From: a virus | Lineage: Duplodnaviria; Caudoviricetes | Length of the DNA: 64,000 nucleotides | Virus record (IMG/VR): IMGVR_UViG_3300025723_001174 | Coordinates: 5,331 to 69,330 of that record | Strand: one strand, 5' to 3' | Part shown: in pieces, positions 17,783 through 27,023 of the stretch | Layout: each line of letters begins with the position of its first letter | How positions within the stretch are numbered: position 1 is the first letter of the stretch | Program-made: the position numbers and the translations under genes | Notes under the pieces: generated by a model | Databases searched by the model: none | The model's input: only the letters and a program-made list of their open reading frames with translations | Told to the model about the DNA's origin: nothing

Positions 17783-18202
17783 TTATTTGAACCAGCCCAA
17801 TTTTTCACCAGCTTCTTTGCGTCTTTCTGCTTCTGCACGACTACCCGGCAAACGGCTAGCCCAAAGAATGATAAGTGCAAAGAATATGCTTAATCCCAAG
17901 CATAGTTTCCAATTACCTGTACGCCAATAGATTAGGATTAGGCTAAAATCCATACTAGCAAACATTAACCATTTGGCAATAGTAGGAAACACACGACCTT
18001 CTGACCAGTTACGGATAACCGGACCAAACAATTTATGGTTTAACATATAATCGTGGAATCGTTTGCTACTTTTACTAAAACACCATGTGGCTAATAGTGC
18101 AGGGGTCGACCAAGGTAATCCCGGAACAAAAGTTCCTAGGTATGCTATTCCTAAAAATAGTATACCTGCTGTAAACCAAAGTGCTTTTTTAATCTTATCC
18201 AT
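17783..18202 (-). CDS. ybaN: YbaN/DUF454 inner-membrane protein
   Basis: GIL.LGIAYLG..VPGLPWSTP.LLA..CFSKSSKRFH..L.NH..FGP.I..W. Start moved to MDKIKK. Confidence 0.85.
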   Translation of the reverse strand: MDKIKKALWFTAGILFLGIAYLGTFVPGLPWSTPALLATWCFSKSSKRFHDYMLNHKLFGPVIRNWSEGRVFPTIAKWLMFASMDFSLILIYWRTGNWKLCLGLSIFFALIILWASRLPGSRAEAERRKEAGEKLGWFK

Positions 18203-19238
18203 TTGCAAGTTCCGATAGTTCGCGAGCATGATCTTGATAGAATTCAAAGATCTTTTCCAATGCTTCTGCTAGAGTTACTGTAGGATTCCAATCTAATTCT
18301 TCCTGTGTATTAGTAATCTTAGGCACACGGCTTTGTACGTCCTGATAACCCTTGCCATAAAAATCACCACTAGATGTACCAACGATACTGACTTTACCTG
18401 CATTTGAGTATGCTGGATATTTCTTGGCTAAATCTAGCATCATGCCAGCTAGGGTAGCGATCGAGTGATCCTCAACTGGGTTACCGATATTGTAGATTTT
18501 GCCTGTGGCTATACCATTTTTGTTTTCGATGATCTTCATTAGTGCGGATATCCCATCGTCGATATAAGTAAAACATCTCTTTTGCTCTCCTCCATCTACC
18601 AACTGCAAATCATTGCCAAACACGATGTTACTCAAGAACTGAGTAATAACACGTGGGCTACCTTCTTTCTGTGTGCTGATTTTATCTAAGCCAGGTCCGA
18701 CCCAATTGAACGGACGGAATAGGGTGTAGTTGAATCCCTGCTCTTGTCCATAGGCCGCGATAACACGATCCATCATCTGTTTTGCACAGGCATAGATCCA
18801 ACGTTGCTTGTTAATAGGACCATATGTTAATTCTGATTCATATGGATCAAATGGAGTATCTTTGCTCATGCCATAGACTTCTGAAGTGCTTGGCCAAATC
18901 AAATGCTTCTTATATTTGACAGCATCTTTAATGATTGGTAAGTTTGCTTCAAAGTCTAATTCAAACACACGTAATGGATTTTGAACATAAGTTGCAGGAG
19001 TAGCTACAGCTACTAATGGTAGAATTGTATCACATTTTTTAACGTGATAAGCAATCCACTCTTTATTAATAGTAATGTCACCTTCTACAAAATGCACACG
19101 GGGATCATTTACCATATCACCTAGTTTATCACTAGACATATCCATGCCATAGACTTCCCAGTCTGTGGTCTCTAAAATTCGTTTGGTCAAATGATGACCG
19201 ATAAAACCGTTAACACCTAAAATTAAAATTTTCTTCAT
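18195..19238 (-). CDS. arnA: stand-alone ArnA C-terminal-type UDP-glucuronate decarboxylase (UDP-4-keto-pentose/UDP-xylose synthase), extended SDR
   Basis: ILGVNGFIGHHL, CDTILPLVAVATP..YV.NPLRVFELDFEANL, STSEVYG, RWIYAC.KQ..DRVI.AYG, FRPFNW.GP, GYQDV..RVP.I. Confidence 0.9.
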   Translation of the reverse strand: MKKILILGVNGFIGHHLTKRILETTDWEVYGMDMSSDKLGDMVNDPRVHFVEGDITINKEWIAYHVKKCDTILPLVAVATPATYVQNPLRVFELDFEANLPIIKDAVKYKKHLIWPSTSEVYGMSKDTPFDPYESELTYGPINKQRWIYACAKQMMDRVIAAYGQEQGFNYTLFRPFNWVGPGLDKISTQKEGSPRVITQFLSNIVFGNDLQLVDGGEQKRCFTYIDDGISALMKIIENKNGIATGKIYNIGNPVEDHSIATLAGMMLDLAKKYPAYSNAGKVSIVGTSSGDFYGKGYQDVQSRVPKITNTQEELDWNPTVTLAEALEKIFEFYQDHARELSELANG

Positions 19239-19260
19239 GTAAGCCTCTCTGCACGTATTT

Positions 19261-19290
19261 AAAAAAATAGGACCCCGAAGGATCCTATTT
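19261..19290 (-). terminator. intrinsic terminator after the porin gene
   Basis: AAATAGGATCC-TTCG-GGGTCCTATTT + T-tract. Confidence 0.8.
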
Positions 19291-19305
19291 GTGAGTGCAG
19301 TTAAA

Positions 19306-19893
19306 TTAGAAACCGCGTGTGTACTCTAGAGCAACACCGTTTGACTTGTAGTCACCACGTTGTTGAAAGTATTTGACTTCAACTAGATCTTTCTTAGTTA
19401 CATCGTAACCAAAACCAGCTTTCCAAGTACGTGTTAGATACTCGTTACCTTCGCTGAATGAATCACGATATCTCCAGCTTGCTAACAATGACAACTGGTT
19501 AGTTAGGAAATACTCAGCCTTTGGTTCGACTGTATAGTAGCTAAAGTCTGTAGTCTTACCGGCACCATTAACGCCGTTGAATACCTCACCAATGCCCAAA
19601 CGTCCACCTAGGTGTAGACCTGGATAAACTTCAAACAACTTTTGAACACGAGCTTCTGCTGTGTTGGTAATTGGGTTGTTGTTTCCACTTACTTGACCAT
19701 CATCACGGCTTGCACCCAACTGTACGTCGAGCTTGTATTCGCCGACTGTTGTAAATGGTGCTACCTTGACTGTATTAGTCATTGTATTTGGTGACTGTGT
19801 GCCACGCTCACGTTCGAACTCTAGGTTAATACCTGTTTCTGCGAAAGCAGATGTTGCGGCAACTAATGCCAATAATGCGAAGATCTTCTTCAT
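19306..19893 (-). CDS. outer-membrane beta-barrel protein (porin-like)
   Basis: Signal peptide ending AFA, alternating amphipathic strands, C-terminal YTRGF (BAM-type terminal Phe). Confidence 0.75.
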   Translation of the reverse strand: MKKIFALLALVAATSAFAETGINLEFERERGTQSPNTMTNTVKVAPFTTVGEYKLDVQLGASRDDGQVSGNNNPITNTAEARVQKLFEVYPGLHLGGRLGIGEVFNGVNGAGKTTDFSYYTVEPKAEYFLTNQLSLLASWRYRDSFSEGNEYLTRTWKAGFGYDVTKKDLVEVKYFQQRGDYKSNGVALEYTRGF

Positions 19894-19909
19894 GTTAATT
19901 AACTTCCTT

Positions 19910-20986
19910 TTATAAAAATGTAAAAATACCTGCGACTGCTAACAATAACACAGCCCAGGTTATGAGTGCGGTATAATATGTTGTTAGGCTGGTACCAAAA
20001 TAACGTTTACCTATCATCACACACTCATGCATTGGGGTTAACAAGTAACCACAATAATCCAAAGCAAAGAACCACAGTAAGTATTCCTTACCGAAGGCAC
20101 TTGCCATTAAAACGGTCAAGGCGGCAAACTTGCCATCTGACCCCATTGAAAAACTTGCTAAAAACGTAAGCAAACTGATATAAAACATACCTTTGAAAGT
20201 ATGTATATCTAAGCCGATACTCTTAACAACTTCCTCAAACCATGCGCGATGTTCTTGCATATAGCCAGAACTCGCAAACACTACTGCTACAATAGCAACA
20301 GTGGTCCAATTAATATAACTGTTTAACTTGCGAATGTCAAATGTTTTGGTGATTAAAATATAATATACTGACAATGCTCCAAAGATAGGAAACACAGCTT
20401 CTGGTCCTTCGCCGCCCATATACATGTAGCCAAAGATAGCGACTAGGAATGGTAGTGTATTTTTTGCAAAGTCTCCAAAGCCACCGGACTCTGGACATTC
20501 GGCAATTTCGACTTCTTCTTCTTTTACGCTTAACCAGCAGTAAAGCACAATGAACAATGCACTAACAACAATTAAGGGAGCCAACATACCCAACCAAGCC
20601 ATATAGCTTAGACCAAATGCGGCCATTGGTAGTATAACTGGTTTCTCAATTGGCGACCACATATAAAAGTGATGCGTGGTTAAGAAATCAATAATACCCA
20701 ATTTCTTACGGCTATCACTGTTTAGTTCTTCTCGTCCAACAATATTGTCTTTGCTGGTAGCAGTATCTAAGATACCTGCTGAAACGGTAGCACGACCTTC
20801 AATTGGTAAAATGCCACTTACAAAACTCAATAACATGATTACTACTCTATTGCTTTTGAATTTGCTCTTTAGAAAACTATATGTTCCTGCAAACAAACTG
20901 TTGTCTTTAGCGATACCGCTAACGATCATGATTGAGATCAAGACAAAGAGATAAATCTCATCATCCAAATATTGGAAGATTTCCAT
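19910..20986 (-). CDS. multi-pass inner-membrane transporter (IT superfamily/DUF401-like, tentative)
   Basis: About 9-10 hydrophobic segments; ILPIEGRA..SA, HHFYMWSP. Confidence 0.65.
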   Translation of the reverse strand: MEIFQYLDDEIYLFVLISIMIVSGIAKDNSLFAGTYSFLKSKFKSNRVVIMLLSFVSGILPIEGRATVSAGILDTATSKDNIVGREELNSDSRKKLGIIDFLTTHHFYMWSPIEKPVILPMAAFGLSYMAWLGMLAPLIVVSALFIVLYCWLSVKEEEVEIAECPESGGFGDFAKNTLPFLVAIFGYMYMGGEGPEAVFPIFGALSVYYILITKTFDIRKLNSYINWTTVAIVAVVFASSGYMQEHRAWFEEVVKSIGLDIHTFKGMFYISLLTFLASFSMGSDGKFAALTVLMASAFGKEYLLWFFALDYCGYLLTPMHECVMIGKRYFGTSLTTYYTALITWAVLLLAVAGIFTFL

Positions 20987-21017
20987 ATTTTCCTTATTAA
21001 AAAATTAGTATTATTAC

Positions 21018-21593
21018 TTATTCCGCAAAATATACATCAAAAACAATGTTGATGCGTTGTCTATCTTTGCTAGTGTTAGTGTCTACTTCGTGTGGAACCC
21101 ATGCTGGCCAAAGTATTAAATCACCATCTTTAGGTGTAAAGTAGAAGTCTCTGATGAATGGTGCTTGCGTATTACATTCGTTAAGGATATTAGCAGGATT
21201 TACTAAACGTAAATGCCCTGTATCGGTTCCCTGTATGTAATAAACGGCACTAAACACAGCTTGCTTATGATCGTGCAGAATATTACGACTACCGGGATTG
21301 TTTACATTGCCCCATACATTTAATCTATACTTCTTTGGAGTCTGAGGAAATGCGATATCCATGGGTTGATAGTATTCCATAGCTTTATCTGCTAAGTCGC
21401 AAACTTGCTCTGCTATCCAATGAAAGTTCCATTTGGTCCCATCTCCCATCCAACACCCTTCGTGAGGGCGGCCGACGCTAGGATTAACAGCCGCATCGGC
21501 CAATATCTGAGCTTTTAGTTGATCGCGCTGTTCTTGAGCACCAACGTCCTGTAAGGTAAAAACGTCTGAATGATGTAGTGGTATTGTATTCAT
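21018..21593 (-). CDS. 2OG-Fe(II) oxygenase (TIGR02466-like)
   Basis: W.NVN......HDH...FSAVYY, GDLILWPAWVPHEV, R.NIVF. Confidence 0.85.
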   Translation of the reverse strand: MNTIPLHHSDVFTLQDVGAQEQRDQLKAQILADAAVNPSVGRPHEGCWMGDGTKWNFHWIAEQVCDLADKAMEYYQPMDIAFPQTPKKYRLNVWGNVNNPGSRNILHDHKQAVFSAVYYIQGTDTGHLRLVNPANILNECNTQAPFIRDFYFTPKDGDLILWPAWVPHEVDTNTSKDRQRINIVFDVYFAE

Positions 21594-21611
21594 GTTTATA
21601 CTTATTTCAAA

Positions 21612-21830
21612 TTAAGATACGCCCATTAAAAACATGAGCGCATCATATTCGTTTCTAAATTCAAAGTCCATCCATTCTTCGTTTGAATGGCATTCAAACC
21701 TTTCCCCAGGAAGACCAAAATTTTCAACTGCATATACACAGGCCTTATCCCAAGTGCGATTGTCATCCTTGCTTTCCCAAGAAAGTCGTACTGTGTGTTT
21801 GTTGTATGATTTGACTTTCATTAACTCCAC
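21612..21830 (-). CDS. small protein of the paralogous F.F..E.D..(M/L)F.(L/M)RW family
   Basis: C-terminus FEFRNEYDALMFLMGVS; coupled to neighbour. Confidence 0.75.
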   Translation of the reverse strand: MELMKVKSYNKHTVRLSWESKDDNRTWDKACVYAVENFGLPGERFECHSNEEWMDFEFRNEYDALMFLMGVS

Positions 21831-22099
21831 CGCAGGGTAAACAGAAATGCATCTTTGCTATCTTCAAATATAAAGTGTGCTCCATTTCTATGGAACTGTC
21901 CTTTAATGTTTTCATCTATCCAATGCGTTATATCTACAGCATGGTTATTGTCTGTATAACGATCGATATTGACCAAAGTCCATCCCTTTTCTTTACAGTC
22001 GACTACTCGGATGGACCACAGAACTTCTTGGTCGATTTCTTTCGATATTTGATTTGCCAAAAATACAACAACATCATCTTCCAATAATTTCATGACCAC
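21821..22099 (-). CDS. small protein of the same RW-family
   Basis: C-terminus FIFEDSKDAFLFTLRWS. Confidence 0.75.
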   Translation of the reverse strand: MVMKLLEDDVVVFLANQISKEIDQEVLWSIRVVDCKEKGWTLVNIDRYTDNNHAVDITHWIDENIKGQFHRNGAHFIFEDSKDAFLFTLRWS

Positions 22100-22422
22100 C
22101 TCATCAGGAACATAGTAATTTCTTTTTTGCTTTTAAACCGCCACATGTCGAACGATATACGTGTACCGCAATTACACTCTTTACTCCATTCTTGTATAGG
22201 ATCCATATCTTCTTCGCGCAGTCCCCAAACTGATACATTTCCTGTTGGATCTACAAAAGCCTGTAGCTTATTGCCAGGAAGCTCTCTCCAAGATAATTTT
22301 ATAGGAGGTCTCATATTGGCGTACAAATTTTTAAGTATATCAGCAACATGTGATTTTCCCATTTGTCTTCCTGTAATTTGAACCAATCCACGGCCTTTGA
22401 ATTTATATCCATCATTTTTCAT
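22090..22422 (-). CDS. small protein of the same RW-family
   Basis: C-terminus WRFKSKKEITMFLMRWS. Confidence 0.75.
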   Translation of the reverse strand: MKNDGYKFKGRGLVQITGRQMGKSHVADILKNLYANMRPPIKLSWRELPGNKLQAFVDPTGNVSVWGLREEDMDPIQEWSKECNCGTRISFDMWRFKSKKEITMFLMRWS

Positions 22423-22622
22423 AACTGTATTCTAGTAGAGCTAAACCTTAACACAAACATCATGTGATCGCGTTTATCTGCAAAATAGATATTAGGATGT
22501 TTAAATCCCCATCGGCCGTCGGACCCATCTCCACAATTTGAATTTAACCAATCGAATACTTCTTTAGGTGGTTGTACATTATTGCATTCAACTATGTGAT
22601 ATTCGTGTTCAAGATTGAGCAT
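22419..22622 (-). CDS. small protein of the same RW-family
   Basis: C-terminus IYFADKRDHMMFVLRFSS. Start moved to MLNLEHE to avoid long overlap. Confidence 0.7.
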   Translation of the reverse strand: MLNLEHEYHIVECNNVQPPKEVFDWLNSNCGDGSDGRWGFKHPNIYFADKRDHMMFVLRFSSTRIQL

Positions 22623-23109
22623 GGAAAATATTATCCAACCATTCTTTACAAGGTTCCCAAGTTTTATAAATGAATGCTTGACCCCCGGCGTTTTCCCATT
22701 GTTCGCAGTTACTGGTACGATCATCGATTAAGATATCGCCAGGCTTACAATGCATCCATTTGTCATGGCTATAAGGGCCAAGGAATACGGGAATGCCTTC
22801 AAAGTGTTCATGTGCCCACCAAACTTTATCCTGTGGAGCCCATTGCATATCGTTGTTACGCGGTAATGCTGATAAGAAGGCTAAGCCGTTTGCGTATCCT
22901 TTATCTACTGCTTCACGACAATATTGCACTAGATCATGTGCATTTTCTTTTAAGGGCAAATGACGATAGAATCTACTGTTCATTTTGATCTTATCCCAAT
23001 CTTCTTGTGGAATACGTTCACCTTCTTTGTCCCAGCGCATCTGCAAAAACGATTGTGCGGCAGAATGCCAATCAGCAACCACATCATCCATATCTAAATA
23101 TATAATCAT
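22609..23109 (-). CDS. HAD-family 5'(3')-deoxyribonucleotidase
   Basis: IYLDMDDVVADW, FLSA, K..W, GDILIDDR..NC..W..AGG. Start at TAATG overlap (MIIYLD). Confidence 0.85.
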   Translation of the reverse strand: MIIYLDMDDVVADWHSAAQSFLQMRWDKEGERIPQEDWDKIKMNSRFYRHLPLKENAHDLVQYCREAVDKGYANGLAFLSALPRNNDMQWAPQDKVWWAHEHFEGIPVFLGPYSHDKWMHCKPGDILIDDRTSNCEQWENAGGQAFIYKTWEPCKEWLDNIFHAQS

Positions 23110-23552
23110 TAACTCCACCTTAAAAGAAACATTGTTACATCTTTTTCATCTCTAAACCAAAATTTAGCATTGTTCGCATACCACCGTGCGCCAGTATCTT
23201 CCCAAATGCTTATAGTAGGTCCGAGTGTATTAACTGTCCATTCCAACATACCAGGCCACTTGTCTTCTGCGTTAATTGGAGCAATAGTAATATACTTTTT
23301 ACCTAATACAGTACCTTCACTTGTTTCTAATCTATACTCATTGATATTACCCACAGTTTGAATCTCAACCCATATTGTATTATCGTATATTTCTAAACGA
23401 TTAAGCACTGAGTTAAAACGTACCTCTCCTTGTACAGGTTTCTTAGGAGAAAAGTCAGTTCCAACAAACGTCATATTAGACATCATCGATGCCAGGTCTA
23501 AATGTTCTGGTATCACCCCATCTACCGTGAGGTGGACCAATACCTTCTGCAT
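23109..23552 (-). CDS. hypothetical protein with C-terminal RW-family domain
   Basis: C-terminus FWFRDEKDVTMFLLRWS. Start uncertain. Confidence 0.7.
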   Translation of the reverse strand: MQKVLVHLTVDGVIPEHLDLASMMSNMTFVGTDFSPKKPVQGEVRFNSVLNRLEIYDNTIWVEIQTVGNINEYRLETSEGTVLGKKYITIAPINAEDKWPGMLEWTVNTLGPTISIWEDTGARWYANNAKFWFRDEKDVTMFLLRWS

Positions 23553-23772
23553 ACCTTAAAGTGGTAAAAGGCCACTCATAAGGGAAGCTACAAAGATGTC
23601 GTAAAACAACATCCTCGTAGACCCAAACTACTTTTGGAAAACTTTTTGACATCCTACTAATGTTTGTTTTTAATAGAACGCCATCCTTACTCAAAGGAAC
23701 CCAATCTTTAGCACCACTGGGTTCTTTTTCCCCTGTGTATATTTCTCTTATGTACAGCGCATGTCTAGACAC
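23476..23772 (-). CDS. hypothetical protein
   Basis: ORF starting 2 nt after the upstream stop; 3' end overlaps next ORF by 77 nt. Confidence 0.5.
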   Translation of the reverse strand: MSRHALYIREIYTGEKEPSGAKDWVPLSKDGVLLKTNISRMSKSFPKVVWVYEDVVLRHLCSFPYEWPFTTLRYAEGIGPPHGRWGDTRTFRPGIDDV

Positions 23773-23774
23773 GA

Positions 23775-24599
23775 TTATACCTCGAATGTAAATGTAGGAT
23801 CAAAACCGTTTTCGGCTTCGTAGGGCAAGTAACCTCTAGGATTACAATGCACCCAAGTGTCACCTACTTGATAGTGGACAGGATCATGCACATGACCATG
23901 CACCCATCTTTTTATGTTAGGATGATCTAAGATAAGTTCACTTAGATCGCTAACATAAGCACCGTTGCTATGGGTTTCATGTTTGTACTTTTCATTTACG
24001 CTCATAAAGGTTGGCCCCATGTGCGTAATGACTACTACAGGCTTATCTGCATTTTCTTTCACTACCTGTTTCACGTATCGTTTAGAAATTAAATGCATAT
24101 CTACAGTATCATGCGGACGTAATTTATGATACGTTGAGAGCTTTTCATTCTTGTAGGTAATCAACTTATAGTCCATCATATAGTCTTTAATCATAGCTAG
24201 AGTTAAAGGATCCTGTTTGTTCATGTCAGTCCACATAGTGGCACCAACAAAAACAACACCTTCATATTCTACACTTTGATTTTCTAACAATGTGACATTA
24301 TCTGGCATGAACCTTGCAAGTTCTTCCTGAGTCTTCCACATCTTGTTATGATAGTGCTCATGGTTACCCATAACATAAAATACCTTTTTGTACTTTGGGC
24401 ATTCATGTTGGAAAAATTCCGAGCATGGAAATTCTTTGTTAGGAACACCAATAGGATACAAGGTTTTAGTGCTATGGAAATCATTTCTAATGCTACGAGT
24501 TTCGCAAGCATCCCCGGCGATAATTAGGACATCGCCGCCGGGCAGATCCAGATATCCAGAGACATCCAAATGCAAGTCGCTAATCAAACTAATTTTCAT
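23775..24599 (-). CDS. calcineurin-like metallophosphoesterase
   Basis: LISDLHL, IIAGD, MGNHEHY, VITHM.P, WVHGHVH, NPRGY. Confidence 0.9.
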   Translation of the reverse strand: MKISLISDLHLDVSGYLDLPGGDVLIIAGDACETRSIRNDFHSTKTLYPIGVPNKEFPCSEFFQHECPKYKKVFYVMGNHEHYHNKMWKTQEELARFMPDNVTLLENQSVEYEGVVFVGATMWTDMNKQDPLTLAMIKDYMMDYKLITYKNEKLSTYHKLRPHDTVDMHLISKRYVKQVVKENADKPVVVITHMGPTFMSVNEKYKHETHSNGAYVSDLSELILDHPNIKRWVHGHVHDPVHYQVGDTWVHCNPRGYLPYEAENGFDPTFTFEV

Positions 24600-24611
24600 T
24601 TTATATCTTTC

Positions 24612-25100
24612 TTAAAAATCTAAATCTTCATTAAAATTTCCAAACGCAGTATCTTTACTAGGTGTAACTAAATTTTCAATCATCTGCGCTTGTTCCCATG
24701 CTTTTGACAACATTGGATTAGCATCGCGATCTTCTTTAGTATGTACCAGATCCATCCAAACAAACGGGCTACGTTGACGATGAGCACCGAATACTCTAGG
24801 TTGGTGTACTTTACCATAATCCCATAAGTCTTGTGCTATTTCCATTACACGCTGTTTGTCCAATTCTGCCAAACTGCGTTCGTCATATACTCCAATTTGG
24901 GTATAGGCATCAATTACTTCCATCCAGTGTTCTAACGTCGGACACTTAGTTCCTGTAGTAATAAACACTACAGATTCAAAACTTACTTTATCCTCTACAA
25001 TATCTCGGATACAGCGGCTGGCTGAAAAACCAATTTTTTTAATCACGGTTCGCTCCTTATACATTACTAATATTATATGTTCAAATGGTAAATGTGTCAA
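24612..25100 (-). CDS. hypothetical protein
   Basis: 162-aa ORF; start uncertain. Confidence 0.65.
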   Translation of the reverse strand: MTHLPFEHIILVMYKERTVIKKIGFSASRCIRDIVEDKVSFESVVFITTGTKCPTLEHWMEVIDAYTQIGVYDERSLAELDKQRVMEIAQDLWDYGKVHQPRVFGAHRQRSPFVWMDLVHTKEDRDANPMLSKAWEQAQMIENLVTPSKDTAFGNFNEDLDF

Positions 25101-25123
25101 GTATAAAATGCTTAAATACTGGT

Positions 25124-26344
25124 ATGATTAAACCAAAAACACAAGACGCGATCGCCAAAAGTCTTGAAAAATTAAAAACAGAAGGCAACTACAGAGTATT
25201 TACGGACATACTGCGCCAGCGTGGAGATTTTCCACGTGCAATTTGGTATGGTCGTTATAATATCAAACAAATTACAAACTGGTGCTCAAATGACTATTTG
25301 GGCATGGGTCAGCATAAAGTAGTACTAGATGCTATGCACACAGTTTTAGATACTGCGGGTGCAGGATCCGGAGGAACACGTAATATTTCGGGTACTACCC
25401 ATTATCACGTTGCTTTAGAAAACGAACTAGCCAAATTACATGATAAAACAAGTGCTCTTACATTTACTAGCGGCTACGTTGCTAACCAAAGTACGCTTTC
25501 TGTGTTAGGTCTAGTATTGCCAAACGTGCATTATATCAGCGACAAACACAATCACAATTCAATGATTGTAGGTATTAAATCAAGTAAAGTTCCACGTACA
25601 GTTTGGGAACACAACGATTTGAAACACTTAAAACAAATATTGGAAAGCATGGAAGATGGCGCACAGCCTATCATCGCACTGGAAGGTGTTTACTCGATGG
25701 ATGGAGATAAGGGCCGTGTTGCAGATGTTTGTGAACTAGCTAGAAAATATGGTGCTATGGTTTATGTCGACGAAGTCCACGCGGTTGGCCTTTACGGCAA
25801 CCGCGGAGCTGGGGTCGCAGAAGAACAGCATTGTGTTGATGGTGTAGATATTATACAAGGTACACTTGCTAAGGCATTTGGTGTACAAGGTGGATATATT
25901 GCGGCGGGGCGTGATCTAATAGATATGGTTCGCTCTTATGCACAGGGTTTAATCTTTTCAACATCAATGGCTCCTGTACTATGTGCCGGTGCTCTTGCTA
26001 GTGTTAAGTACGTTCAAGATCATCCAGCACTGCGTACTAGGATTATGGATGTAGCAGAAATGACTAGACAGCATTTGAAAGATGCAGGATTAGAAGTGAA
26101 CCCATTATCAGAAGGCGGACACATTGTTCCTGTTATGGTACGTGACGCTAAGAAGTGTAAAGCTATTAGTGATTGGTTATTGGATGAAAAAGGAATTTAC
26201 GTACAGCCCATAAATTACCCCACTGTTCCGTGGGGTACTGAGCGACTACGCTTTACACCTACTCCTAATCATACAGAAGCAGATATCTACTATCTAGCCG
26301 AAAGTCTTAAAGAAGCCTTTAACGTCTTTTCACAGACTTCTTAG
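25124..26344 (+). CDS. hemA: 5-aminolevulinate synthase (C4/Shemin pathway, PLP-dependent)
   Basis: GNYRVF, WCSNDYLGMGQH, GAGSGGTRNISGT, HNSMI, YSMDGD, DEVHAVGLYG, GTLAKAFG, VQPINYPTVP.GTERLRFTPTP.H. Start MIKPK, 5 nt after TAAATA. Confidence 0.93.
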   Translation: MIKPKTQDAIAKSLEKLKTEGNYRVFTDILRQRGDFPRAIWYGRYNIKQITNWCSNDYLGMGQHKVVLDAMHTVLDTAGAGSGGTRNISGTTHYHVALENELAKLHDKTSALTFTSGYVANQSTLSVLGLVLPNVHYISDKHNHNSMIVGIKSSKVPRTVWEHNDLKHLKQILESMEDGAQPIIALEGVYSMDGDKGRVADVCELARKYGAMVYVDEVHAVGLYGNRGAGVAEEQHCVDGVDIIQGTLAKAFGVQGGYIAAGRDLIDMVRSYAQGLIFSTSMAPVLCAGALASVKYVQDHPALRTRIMDVAEMTRQHLKDAGLEVNPLSEGGHIVPVMVRDAKKCKAISDWLLDEKGIYVQPINYPTVPWGTERLRFTPTPNHTEADIYYLAESLKEAFNVFSQTS

Positions 26345-26447
26345 CAGGACGCCTAGGAGGTTTAGGATCCTCCATCAATCGCCGCAAGTGTTCTAATTGT
26401 TTTTGACGCTTGCGGTTTTTTACGGCGTCCTTTAATTTCTTAAGCAC
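26319..26447 (-). CDS. possible small basic protein (42 aa, GTG start)
   Basis: Manual ORF LKKLKDAVKNRKRQKQLEHLRRLMED..., overlapping upstream stop and converging on hemA. Confidence 0.4.
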   Translation of the reverse strand: MLKKLKDAVKNRKRQKQLEHLRRLMEDPKPPRRPAKKSVKRR

Positions 26448-26970
26448 TCTTACCTAACTTACGATAAACAGTCTGAACACCTTTGGCTTGACGAATAGCA
26501 TCAAACAATGCATTGTGTTGCTCTGCACTTTTTTCCATCTCTGGGTCAGCTAGGTCAAACAATGTACGTGTATCACGACAACGCCAAAACTCCCAAGGCG
26601 GAGTACGATTAACTTGACGATACATATCTTCCAAAATCATCAAATCAAATACAGCCCCGTGGCTCCAAAACTTATCACAACCCCAAGCAAACTTATGGAA
26701 CTGAGAGATCGCATCTTCAAAACTGATACGGCCATCAGGACTGAATGCTTCTTCCATTACTTCGGGATTTTGTTTAGCCCACCAATCCAATGTATTAGGA
26801 TCAATGTCACGACCTAATTTGTCTTGATCATCCAAATCGATCTTAAAGTAAAGTTCGTCATAGATGTCATTACTAAAAGGATCAAAAGTTACTGCACCAA
26901 GAGTTAATACAACAGTACGTGGGGTTACGGCCATTGTTTCCAAGTCGACCATTAGATGTTTTTTTGCCAT
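26440..26970 (-). CDS. DEDD 3'-5' exoribonuclease (Rv2179c/DUF5051-like)
   Basis: HLMVDLET, WSHGAVFDL.ILE, RDTRT, HNALFDA..QA. Start MAKKHL with sigma70-like promoter upstream. Confidence 0.85.
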   Translation of the reverse strand: MAKKHLMVDLETMAVTPRTVVLTLGAVTFDPFSNDIYDELYFKIDLDDQDKLGRDIDPNTLDWWAKQNPEVMEEAFSPDGRISFEDAISQFHKFAWGCDKFWSHGAVFDLMILEDMYRQVNRTPPWEFWRCRDTRTLFDLADPEMEKSAEQHNALFDAIRQAKGVQTVYRKLGKSA

Positions 26971-27023
26971 GATATGTGCCTTGTTAATTAATACATTAAT
27001 TATAGCAGATATTTTGGTAAATG

